The translations under genes were made by a program, and so were the position numbers. Shown in pieces: positions 33,365-42,238 of a stretch of DNA of 62,658 bases. Source of the stretch: an uncultured Eggerthellaceae bacterium (GTDB lineage: Bacteria > Actinomycetota > Coriobacteriia > Coriobacteriales > Eggerthellaceae); assembly GCA_934630485.1 (NCBI GenBank), contig CAKTWD010000001.1, positions 1 through 62,658 on the forward strand. The letters are read 5' to 3'. Numbering within the stretch: the stretch's first letter is position 1; the number at the start of each line of letters is the position of its first letter. The notes under the pieces were generated by a model that was not told the DNA's origin, ran no database searches, and saw only the letters and a list, made by a program, of their open reading frames with translations.

Positions 33365-34282
33365 TTAGGCGTACTTCATCAGCTCGTCGATGTACTCCTT
33401 CAGGACACCCTCGATCGGCGTTCCCTTCTTCACCAGATAGCCCAGGCTCATATTCATATCGCTCTCGTAGGGGATTGCAACCGTGCCCTCGGTAGACAAT
33501 GCCTTGCCGGTCAGATTGCACCAAATTGCGTAGCCGTCGGCCTCGGCGATGCTCTCGGTCAGCTCGCGCAGCGAGGCGAACAGCGTGTCGTTGACCTTCT
33601 GCCTGTCGCCCGCAAGGAACGCCTTGCGCATGTCGGTTGCATGCAGTGAGTTCATATAGAAGTACTGCTCGTAATAGAACATGGGGTACTGGACAAGGTC
33701 GGACGGGTAGAGCTTCTCCCTATTGGCCAGCGGGTGGTGCCTGCTGACATACGCATAGATCTGCGCATCGAACAGCTCGTGATACTCAAGCTCGCCGCTT
33801 TCCAAGTACTTGCGCAAGGCGCCTTCGTTGCCTTCGGAAAGAAGCAGCAGGCCGATGTCACGTATGCCGTTGCTGATGTCGTAAGCCATCTTTGGGGCTT
33901 GAACGACCTCGATGCTGAAGTCGATGTCCGCGTGAGCATGGGCTTCGGCCACGCTCATCAGGGCGTTTACGCCAAAGCCGAAAGGCAACATGGAAACATG
34001 CAGGCGCGATGAGATGTTGTTTTGGTTGCAGAACTCGCGCTCGAACGCGTCCATCTCAGCGACGACGCGCTCGGCCGCATTCATGACCTTGGCACCGCGC
34101 TCCGTGACGGAAACGCCGCGCTTGCCGCGATCGAGAACGCTGAATCCCAGCTCGTCTTCAACTTGGCTCAGTGCTTCGTACAAGGTGCTCTTTGAAATTC
34201 CCAAACTCTTCGCAGCAGAGTTGATGGAACCCCGCTCTGCCGTTTCCAGCAAATAGCGAAGCTGCTGAACGGTTATCTTCAC
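33365..34282 (-). CDS. LysR family transcriptional regulator
   Basis: HTH ITVQQLRYLLETAERGSINSAAKSLGISKSTLYEALSQVEDELG. A GTG start at 34282 preceded by GGGAGA is preferred over the ORF-track start at 34369. Confidence 0.88.
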   Translation of the reverse strand: MKITVQQLRYLLETAERGSINSAAKSLGISKSTLYEALSQVEDELGFSVLDRGKRGVSVTERGAKVMNAAERVVAEMDAFEREFCNQNNISSRLHVSMLPFGFGVNALMSVAEAHAHADIDFSIEVVQAPKMAYDISNGIRDIGLLLLSEGNEGALRKYLESGELEYHELFDAQIYAYVSRHHPLANREKLYPSDLVQYPMFYYEQYFYMNSLHATDMRKAFLAGDRQKVNDTLFASLRELTESIAEADGYAIWCNLTGKALSTEGTVAIPYESDMNMSLGYLVKKGTPIEGVLKEYIDELMKYA

Positions 34283-34665
34283 GTGATTCTCCCTACGTGT
34301 TCGACTCTGCCGAACATGATATGCCGATATGTTCGGTTCTGCCATAGTGATATCCGATCGCAACCTCAACCATAGCTTATATTGAGCGTGGTATAGTGCG
34401 GAATGTGTTCGGAATACCCTCCTATAGCATAATGTGGTGTTCGATATAACCGAACAAACAAAGGCGATGCGGAAGAGAGGTCGCGATCGCCAAGGGAGTG
34501 CAAACGCGAGCCAAATGCATCGTTCGAAAGCGATGCACGGTTCGTCAAAGAAGAGGCAAGAAATCGACGCGGACTTTTGAGGAGGGAAGACGGTCGGTTC
34601 GCAATCGCGGTTGGCGTACGGGAGGTGCGCGGCCGTAATTTCAACTCTTTCGGAAAGGGGAGGGT

Positions 34666-36084
34666 ATGGAAACGAAAAAACGCGTTTCTGTCATCCATTA
34701 CATCGTAGTTCTAGCGTTCTGCTTCCTGTTCCAGTTCGTTCCCGGTCCGCTGGGCATCTCGCAGCAGGGTATGTGCCTGCTTGGCTGCTTTATCGGCGCC
34801 ATCTACGGCTGGATCACCATCGACATGCTGTGGCCCAGCCTTGTCGCACTTGTCTCCGCCGGCTTCACGTTCGGCATGACCCAGGTCATGGCCGCCACGT
34901 TCGGCTCCGCCACGGTTCTCACGCTTGTTCTTTGCATGGGCTCCATCGGCATCGCAATGAAGAACGGTGCCTTCAACTGGTTGGTAAGCCTGCTGCTTAA
35001 CAACAAGTTCATGCAAGGAAAGCCTTGGCTGACCATCTGGATCATCCTGGTTCTTGCTTTCCCGTTCGGCCCGTTCAACCCGATCATCATGATGATCATC
35101 TTCGGTGCTTTCATCACCTCCATGCTTGAGTCTTGCCACGTGAAGAAGAACTCGAAGCTGGCCATCTTCCTGTATCTTGGTTGCGCGCTCAGCCTGATGA
35201 ACGGCCAGATTCTCTTCCCGTTCTTCGGCACCGGCCTGGTCTTCTTCCAGAGCTACAACGCCATGTTCCCGAACATCCCGATCGACATGGTTCCCTACCT
35301 TGGTTTCATGATCGTCATGGGCATCCTGATCGCCACCGTTTACATGCTGGTCATGCGCTACGTCTTCAGGGTTGACGCTGAGCCTTTGACCGAGTACTGC
35401 AAAGAGTGCGAGATGGTCAAGTGCACGCGTGACCAGAAGGTCGCTCTGCTTCTGTTCGTCGGCCTCATCATCCTGAACCTCTTGGGTTCGCTGCCGCTGG
35501 GCGCAATCTCCGTATTCGTTTCCAAGTTCGGCATCGCTGGTTACTGCATGATCCTCTGCATCGTTGCCGGTCTTCTCCCCGACGCCGAGGGCAAGCCTCT
35601 GGCCAATCTGGAAGAGCTCTTCCATATGGCTAACTGGGGTCAGGTTTGCATGGTCGCCGTCGTCATGCTGATGGCAACCTACATGAGCAGCAAGGACCTG
35701 GGCATCACCGCCGCAATGGCAACCGTGTTCAAGTCGCTCATGGGTCTGTCTCCCTGGGTCTTCATCATCGTCTCGCTGGTTCTGGCAGTTGTCCTTACCA
35801 ACGTTGCGAACAACATGATCATCGCCGTTATGGTCATGCCCTTCCTGGTCAACTACGCTCAGGCCGTTGGTATCAACACCACGATGTGCATCGTCCTTCT
35901 GTGGATCCTCGTTCAGCTCGCTCTTGCAACCCCCGCAGCTTCGCCGGTTACCGCAGTTGCCATGACGCAGGAATTGGCTGACGCAAGCGAGATGAGCAAG
36001 ACCGCTCTGAAGATCCTGCCCATCATGCTGATCATCGAGATGGCCATCGCCATTCCTGTCGCCCAGATCTTCTTCCCGATGTAA
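34666..36084 (+). CDS. Ion-transporter-superfamily permease (DASS/ArsB-NhaD-like), substrate unknown
   Basis: 472 aa with about 12-14 hydrophobic helices and a two-halves organisation. The family assignment rests on overall appearance only. Confidence 0.75.
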   Translation: METKKRVSVIHYIVVLAFCFLFQFVPGPLGISQQGMCLLGCFIGAIYGWITIDMLWPSLVALVSAGFTFGMTQVMAATFGSATVLTLVLCMGSIGIAMKNGAFNWLVSLLLNNKFMQGKPWLTIWIILVLAFPFGPFNPIIMMIIFGAFITSMLESCHVKKNSKLAIFLYLGCALSLMNGQILFPFFGTGLVFFQSYNAMFPNIPIDMVPYLGFMIVMGILIATVYMLVMRYVFRVDAEPLTEYCKECEMVKCTRDQKVALLLFVGLIILNLLGSLPLGAISVFVSKFGIAGYCMILCIVAGLLPDAEGKPLANLEELFHMANWGQVCMVAVVMLMATYMSSKDLGITAAMATVFKSLMGLSPWVFIIVSLVLAVVLTNVANNMIIAVMVMPFLVNYAQAVGINTTMCIVLLWILVQLALATPAASPVTAVAMTQELADASEMSKTALKILPIMLIIEMAIAIPVAQIFFPM

Positions 36085-36241
36085 GTCGATTACATCAACT
36101 GCACGTCATTCAGGTTGCGCGGCCCGCAGGTTTGAAAACCGAAAGCCGTGGTCGCGCAACCTGGCAGGTGCCTTCTAGCAAGCGCAGCTGCCGAACACCT
36201 ATTAGGTCTTAAGCAAATCGGACATAGAAAGAGGTTTCGAA

Positions 36242-38359
36242 ATGTTAAGGTCACGTGGTCTTACCGACAAACTGCTCGTGCTTGGCGTGGACGGAATGGA
36301 TCCCCGCTGGGCAAAGCGCATGGTCGACGAGGGCAAGATGCCCCACCTGAAGGAGCTCATGGAGCGCGGCGCTTGCCGTGACGACCTGATGCTTCTGGGC
36401 GCCAACCCCACCATCACCCCGCCGATGTGGGCAACGCTGGGCACCGGTGCTTACCCCATGACGCACGGCATCATCGACTACAACGTCTCCGCTAAGGACG
36501 ACAAGGACATCACCCTGGGCGCATTCAGCTCGCGTTTCATGACCGCCGAGCCGCTGTGGAACATCACGGCTGAGTCCGGCAAGAAGACGCTTGTCATGCA
36601 CTGGCCTGGCGGTTCGTTCCCTCCGACCAGCGATTCCCCGAACCTGTTCACTGTTGACGGCTCTTCCCCTGGAGCAACCTGCGCTTACTCCAACGTGCGC
36701 GACATGGACACCATCTTCGTCGCCAGCACCAAGGCCGAGACCCCCTCGTGCGCATTCATGTCGGTTGTCACGTCCGAGGTTGAAGGCGACGAGAAACTTG
36801 TCCCGCATGTTCTGACCACCCTTGACGGTCGTCCGCTGTGCTCTCGCGGCAAGACGCCCGAGGCCAAGGAGCGCATGAAGAAGTACCTGCAGGCCTACAA
36901 GGAGTTCATCGGCGTTCCCGGCTACACGCCCGATCACAGCTTCGTCAACGACAACATCGTCTTTGACGAGGAGAAGGGCATCATGTGGAGCACCGCCGAC
37001 TTCCCGACCGGCTGCTCGATCTCGCCTGTTTCCGAGCCCGAGGGCTGGGACATCGAGGTTCCCGAAGGCGCCAAGGAATTCATCATCCTTACGATGCACG
37101 GCCGCGTCACTCGCAACGCCCTTATCCTGAAGAACGCCGAGGGCGTGTACGATCACGTTGCGATTTACAAGAACAAGCAGGCCACCGAGCCCGTCACCGT
37201 TCTTGAGAACGATGTCTTCACCGGCGTCATCGACTACATCCCCACCAAGGATGGCGGCGAAGAGATGATCTTCCGCAACATGCGCCTTCTGAAGATCGCC
37301 GAGGACGGCTCCTATGTCCGCATTTGGGCTTCCCGTGGCTCCAGCTGCGAAGAGGACACCGTGTTCTTCCCGAAGAGCCTGTTGAAGGAGTCCATCGAGG
37401 CTGCCGGTCCGCTGGTTCCGACCAGCCAGATGTCCGGCCTGGACAAGGACCTCATCATGAAGTGCAACCTCCCGCAGTGGGAGCTCTCCGCCGAGTGGCA
37501 GAGCAAGTTCATGCACTACATGATCGAGAAGCACGGCGTTGAGGTCATCTTCAGCCACTTCCATAACTGCGACCTGCAGGGTCACTGCTACATGAAGTAC
37601 ATGAAGAACCGCGACACCAGCCGTTACGACGAGTCCGAGGTCGTGAAGTTCGCCGAGGCAACCTACAAGGTTACCGACGACTACATCGGAAGTTTCATGC
37701 ACTTGCTGGACGAGGGTTGGACCATCCTTCTGGTTTCCGATCACGGTCTGATGTGCTCCGAGGAAGAGTCCGTCGCTCAGGGCGACAACATGGGCGTCAG
37801 CCTCGAGCCGCTGCACAAGTGGGGCTACACCGTGCTGAAGCGCGATGAGGACGGCAACGAGATCCCCGAGATCGATTGGACCAAGACCCGCGCTATCATG
37901 ACGCGTTGCAACAGCATCTACATCAACGTGAAGGGCCGCGACAAACACGGCATCGTCGAGCCCGAGGATCAGTTCGCCCTCGAGGAAGAGATCATCACGA
38001 AGATGTACGAGTACAAGCATCCAAAGACGGGTTACCACCTGTTCGCGTATGCTCTGCACAACCGCGACGCCATCCTGCTTGGCATGGGCGGCCCGAACGC
38101 TGCGGACATCATCTTCAACGTCAGTGGCCTTTACGCCGAGGACCATGGTGGCGGCCTTTCGACCTCGCTTGGTTACAACGACACCTCGCTCAGCCCGATC
38201 TTTGCGGCAGCAGGCCCCGGCATCAAGGAGAACTTCCGTACCGACATGTACATCCGCGAGGTTGACGTGGCGCCTACGGCAGCAGCTCTGCTGGGTGTTC
38301 GCTTCCCCGCACAGTGCGAGGGCGCACCCGCCTACAGCATCTTCTCCGAGGATCTGTAG
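36242..38359 (+). CDS. Alkaline-phosphatase-superfamily phosphodiesterase / nucleotide pyrophosphatase-like protein (705 aa)
   Basis: Metal/nucleophile motifs LLVLGVDGMDP, NPTITPPMWATLGTG, FHNCDLQGH, ILLVSDHGL. Confidence 0.85.
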   Translation: MLRSRGLTDKLLVLGVDGMDPRWAKRMVDEGKMPHLKELMERGACRDDLMLLGANPTITPPMWATLGTGAYPMTHGIIDYNVSAKDDKDITLGAFSSRFMTAEPLWNITAESGKKTLVMHWPGGSFPPTSDSPNLFTVDGSSPGATCAYSNVRDMDTIFVASTKAETPSCAFMSVVTSEVEGDEKLVPHVLTTLDGRPLCSRGKTPEAKERMKKYLQAYKEFIGVPGYTPDHSFVNDNIVFDEEKGIMWSTADFPTGCSISPVSEPEGWDIEVPEGAKEFIILTMHGRVTRNALILKNAEGVYDHVAIYKNKQATEPVTVLENDVFTGVIDYIPTKDGGEEMIFRNMRLLKIAEDGSYVRIWASRGSSCEEDTVFFPKSLLKESIEAAGPLVPTSQMSGLDKDLIMKCNLPQWELSAEWQSKFMHYMIEKHGVEVIFSHFHNCDLQGHCYMKYMKNRDTSRYDESEVVKFAEATYKVTDDYIGSFMHLLDEGWTILLVSDHGLMCSEEESVAQGDNMGVSLEPLHKWGYTVLKRDEDGNEIPEIDWTKTRAIMTRCNSIYINVKGRDKHGIVEPEDQFALEEEIITKMYEYKHPKTGYHLFAYALHNRDAILLGMGGPNAADIIFNVSGLYAEDHGGGLSTSLGYNDTSLSPIFAAAGPGIKENFRTDMYIREVDVAPTAAALLGVRFPAQCEGAPAYSIFSEDL

Positions 38360-38528
38360 AAAAACTCTTGTAGCTTCGCGTAGGTCCTCCCGTCCTGCGC
38401 TGAAGCGATATAGCTCGAACGGGGCACTGCAAACGTCCGCTCCGCTAGAGGAATCGACCCAGCCGGTCCACCTTCCCTTTGCCGGCTGGGTCGTTCCATG
38501 TCGTCGCTTGAATGCGGCGACATCGGCC

Positions 38529-38561
38529 GAAGCCGTCCTTATGGGCGGCTTCTTTCATTTT
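38529..38561 (+). terminator. Terminator-like hairpin plus T-tract with no obvious upstream gene
   Basis: GAAGCCG-tccttatgg-CGGCTTC followed by TTTCATTTT, 170 nt after the stop at 38359. Confidence 0.45.
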
Positions 38562-38975
38562 GCGCGGCGCTTGCCAAGGGGGCTCCGCGTTGTGCGTTGT
38601 GGCATGCGCGCTACGAGCGTTGCCGCTTCGCCCGCTGGTGCCGTCATCGTCTTTCACTATGGCATGTTTGTGGGACTGCCCGCCTTGCTTCTAGAGCCGG
38701 GGTCTCGTCGTGTTTATACTGAACCCATCGAGCAAGCGTGCTCCTAAACCTGAGCAGCTTACGTCGACCGCCGCAAAGCGGGGTCGCCATGCGAATCTGT
38801 GCCGGCTTGCCGAAACCCAAGACAACTGAATCGTCGGGCGCATCTTATGCGCATTTCATCAGTGCGCTCTGCTTGCGATGTTCGATTCCGGGTGGCGCAT
38901 GAAGAGGTGGCTTTTGCGCGTCCGTTGCGGTTTGGTTGCCTTCTGTTGTTAAGAGCAAGCTGTGAAAGGAAGCAT

Positions 38976-40859
38976 ATGCAAGGAAAGTCCCTTACGTTGC
39001 TGCTGTTCGTTTTGTACGGCAGCGCATTTTTGGCAGGTTTCAACGAGAACTTGATGAACGTCGCGCTCGTTTCGATCATGAACGAGTACGGCATCGATTC
39101 GGTTGCCGCGCAGTGGACGGTAACCGGTTACATGATCGCTGGCACGATCGTGGTTATGTGCATGGCGTTTTTCTTTCGTCGTATCCCGCTGCGCACGCTG
39201 TATTATGCGGCAGCGCTATTCAGCTTTGTTGGATCGCTGATCGGCGTCTTCGCGTCGAGCTTCGCGCTGTTGATGGTTGCGCGATTGATCCAGGCCGTCG
39301 GTAGCGGCATCTTCATCCCGCTTATGATGAACACCATTTTGGTGGTCACGCCTAAGAACAAGCTGGGAACCTACCTGTCAATTGGCAGTTGCATGATTAC
39401 GTTCGGTCCGGCGCTTGCGCCTGTCGTGTGCGGCGCGGTTGTCACGGCGTTCGGGTGGCACAGCATCTTCGTGGTTCCCACTGTTGCGATGGCCGTTCTT
39501 GCCGCCGTCGCGGTGCCTTCGGTCAAGAACATGGAGAACCAGGAAGCGCATCTTGATGTTGCGTCCGTCGTGCTTTCGGCGGTTTTCTTGATGTCGCTGA
39601 GTTTTGGCTTGGTCATGCTCACGCTGGACGCGTTTGTTGCTGCGATCTCTCTTGTCGTGATGGCTGTTTCTGTTGCGCTGTTCATTCTTCGCCAGCTGCG
39701 TTGTGAGAACCCGCTGATCGACCTTACGCCCATGAAGAGCATCGCGTTTTGGCCGTCCATCATTTTGACCACCATCGCCATGATGGGAAGCTTCAGCTGC
39801 AGCGTTTTGCTGCCGATGTATCTTGAGGGAGCGACTGGTTTGACGGCGTTCATGGCGGGTTTGACCATTCTTGTTCCTGTGTTGGGCAACGCCGCAACGT
39901 CGCTTTTGGGCGGCCGCATCATGGACTCGCGCGGTGAATGGCCGTTGCTTCCCGTTGGATATGCGGTTGTGGCTTGCGGTTTTGCGATTCTGGCTTTCCT
40001 GGCTCCCACTCTTTCGCTTCCGGGCATGTTCGTCGGCGCATTTTTGGTCATGTCGGGCACCGGCTTGATTTTCTCGCCGTCGCAGTCGGCGGGATTCAAG
40101 ACGCTCACTCCCGAGCAGAACCCCTTTGGCGTGGCACTTTCTACCACGTTCGTTCAGATCGCGGCTTGCATCGCGCCTTCTCTTTACACGGGCATCCTTA
40201 CCTCGGGTCAGATGGGCTCGCTCGCCGCGGGCGCCTCACCGCAGGTTGCTTTGGCCAACGGTTTTTCGTCGGCCATGATGGTTGCCATGTTCGTGGCGGC
40301 GGCTGGTTCGCTGATCGGCTTCGCCTATGCTCGCGCGGTCGTAAGGCGTAGGGAGAATGCCAAGATCAAGCGCCAGGCCATGCCCGCAAACGAGCGTCCC
40401 TTGGCGCGCCTTGTCCAGCCCGAGCCCTACACGCTTTCCGCCGATGCGCCCGTTAGCGCCGCGATGCAGCTGTTCGTTGATCGCAAGATCGGTGGCCTTC
40501 CTTTGGTGGATGGGCAGGGAAAACCTGCTGGGTTCGTGTCGGACGGCGACGTCATTAGGTTCCTTGCTGACAAGCATCCGCTGATCACCAACGCGTACAC
40601 GATGATCGAGACGGCGAACAACCAATCGTTCGACGAGCGTTTGAGCGAGCTTCTTAATTTGCCGCTGCGCGACATCGCCACCGATAAGCTTGTCTCGCTT
40701 GATTCTTCGGCCACGCTCGAAGAGGCGTGTTCGCTGCTTGCTACGCACAAGCTGAAGAAGGTGCCGGTTGTTCAGGGCGACCGCATCGTCGGCACCATCA
40801 ACCGCAGCGATCTTCTGCGTTACGCCATGGAGCGCAGCCTTCAGGTAGCGAGCGCTTAG
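38976..40859 (+). CDS. MFS (DHA2-like, 14 TM) transporter fused to a C-terminal CBS pair
   Basis: MFS motifs LMVARLIQAVGSGIFIPL. The C-terminal ~140 aa has two CBS repeats (VSAAMQLFVDRKIGGLPLVD...; LEEACSLLATHKLKKVPVVQGDRIVGTINRSDLL). ATG 38976 follows AAAGGAAG. Confidence 0.85.
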   Translation: MQGKSLTLLLFVLYGSAFLAGFNENLMNVALVSIMNEYGIDSVAAQWTVTGYMIAGTIVVMCMAFFFRRIPLRTLYYAAALFSFVGSLIGVFASSFALLMVARLIQAVGSGIFIPLMMNTILVVTPKNKLGTYLSIGSCMITFGPALAPVVCGAVVTAFGWHSIFVVPTVAMAVLAAVAVPSVKNMENQEAHLDVASVVLSAVFLMSLSFGLVMLTLDAFVAAISLVVMAVSVALFILRQLRCENPLIDLTPMKSIAFWPSIILTTIAMMGSFSCSVLLPMYLEGATGLTAFMAGLTILVPVLGNAATSLLGGRIMDSRGEWPLLPVGYAVVACGFAILAFLAPTLSLPGMFVGAFLVMSGTGLIFSPSQSAGFKTLTPEQNPFGVALSTTFVQIAACIAPSLYTGILTSGQMGSLAAGASPQVALANGFSSAMMVAMFVAAAGSLIGFAYARAVVRRRENAKIKRQAMPANERPLARLVQPEPYTLSADAPVSAAMQLFVDRKIGGLPLVDGQGKPAGFVSDGDVIRFLADKHPLITNAYTMIETANNQSFDERLSELLNLPLRDIATDKLVSLDSSATLEEACSLLATHKLKKVPVVQGDRIVGTINRSDLLRYAMERSLQVASA

Positions 40860-41085
40860 CGTTTCGGCTCCGCTTCGCGATTCAGGCACCGCAACATCGC
40901 GGCCCCGTGCAACTGAACCGCCTCCCATTTCTTGGATATGAGAAATTGGAGGTAGTTCACAACTGCATACGGGGTCGCTTTGCGTTTGCCCGCGCCCTCG
41001 ACACCACCTCTTCTTGTTGCGTGACCTTGTATGTCGTACCCTGTTCTTTACTGTTTTCGCTCGTGGACATCCGAAAGAGAGACCG

Positions 41086-42036
41086 ATGGCAGAGAAGTCT
41101 TCCGACACCGATTTCCATATGGACTGCGTGAAATGCAACGGCGCGATGGAGCTAAGTGATGACGGCTTGGCTCTGGAATGCCCCTATTGCGGTAATCGCG
41201 AACCGCTTGACGCGGCCACGCTCGAGCGCCTGCGCGCGATCGACGAGAAGGAGCTTGCAGCGGAAAAAGAGCGCACCCGCGCAGAACTTAAGAAGCAGCA
41301 GGCCGAATGGGAGCGCAAGGACGAAGCGAAGCGAAAGCGCCGCCGGGTTCTTCGCATTCTTGCGTGCATTTTCTTTTTCCTGATCCTCCTTTCTGTCGCC
41401 TGCAGCGCAATAGACGACGCGCTGTACGAAAGGGAGCAGGCGCAAAGGCTGAATTCGGGCTACGACTGGCCGACTAGCGGTCTGGCCCAGAAAATCCCGC
41501 AGCCGAAATCAACCACCGGGCACATTTCCTTGAACTACAGCGATTCGTTCGACATCGAGGTTCCAGCCGGCGAAGGCGATTACGATGAGTACATTGAGGA
41601 ATGCCGTAAGTGGGGTTTCACGGTCGATCCTGTTTCGGGGAGGACTTCCTACAAGGCATACAATTCCGAGGGTTACCGTCTGAACGTCTACAATTGGTCG
41701 GCTTCGGGCACGATGGACATCAGCATCGACGCGCCGCTTGAAATGAGCGATATCGTGTGGCCCTCGAATGGCATGGGCGCATTGCTTCCCGCTCCGCCTT
41801 CGTTGAAGGGCATGATCGAATCCGAATACGCTTCGGGTTTTCAGGCTTATGTGGGAGGCATTTCGCCTGAAGCGTTCAGTGCGTACGCGGACGCGTGCAT
41901 CGCGGCCGGTTTCAACGTCGATTATCGCAAGCGCAACGATTACTTCTACGGCGAGAACGCTGACGGCGCCCATTTGAACCTTGAGTACGAGGGGTTCAAT
42001 ACCATGAGCATTCATTTGTACGCACCTGAGAAATAG
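41086..42036 (+). CDS. Zinc-ribbon / coiled-coil / single-TM protein with two DUF6591-like extracytoplasmic repeats
   Basis: CVKCNGAMEL...CPYCGN. Charged helix EKERTRAELKKQQAEWERKDEAKRKRRR. TM helix ILACIFFFLILLSVACSAI. Two related modules (YDEYIEECRKWGFTVD...; FSAYADACIAAGFNVDY...). Confidence 0.75.
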   Translation: MAEKSSDTDFHMDCVKCNGAMELSDDGLALECPYCGNREPLDAATLERLRAIDEKELAAEKERTRAELKKQQAEWERKDEAKRKRRRVLRILACIFFFLILLSVACSAIDDALYEREQAQRLNSGYDWPTSGLAQKIPQPKSTTGHISLNYSDSFDIEVPAGEGDYDEYIEECRKWGFTVDPVSGRTSYKAYNSEGYRLNVYNWSASGTMDISIDAPLEMSDIVWPSNGMGALLPAPPSLKGMIESEYASGFQAYVGGISPEAFSAYADACIAAGFNVDYRKRNDYFYGENADGAHLNLEYEGFNTMSIHLYAPEK

Positions 42037-42238
42037 TAAATCGAACAACGCTTGCCCCGCAATAGCGACCGTTCATGGGTGTAATCAGGGCATTTGCGTT
42101 AAAGACTCGTGAATGGATCGGTTTTCGAAGAGCTTTGCCTTCGATGACTTTATAATGATGCCCACTGATTTTAGGAGCTTTCGGCCGCGATCCCGCGGTT
42201 TTGGGGGTTTCGCAAGCCGATCTCATAGGGAGAACCAC

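Noticed and set aside
36251-38146. 631-aa ORF on the minus strand
   Set aside because: It is antisense to the AP-superfamily phosphodiesterase gene. The product is repetitive and V/G/A/L/D-rich with no motifs. It is a high-GC artefact.
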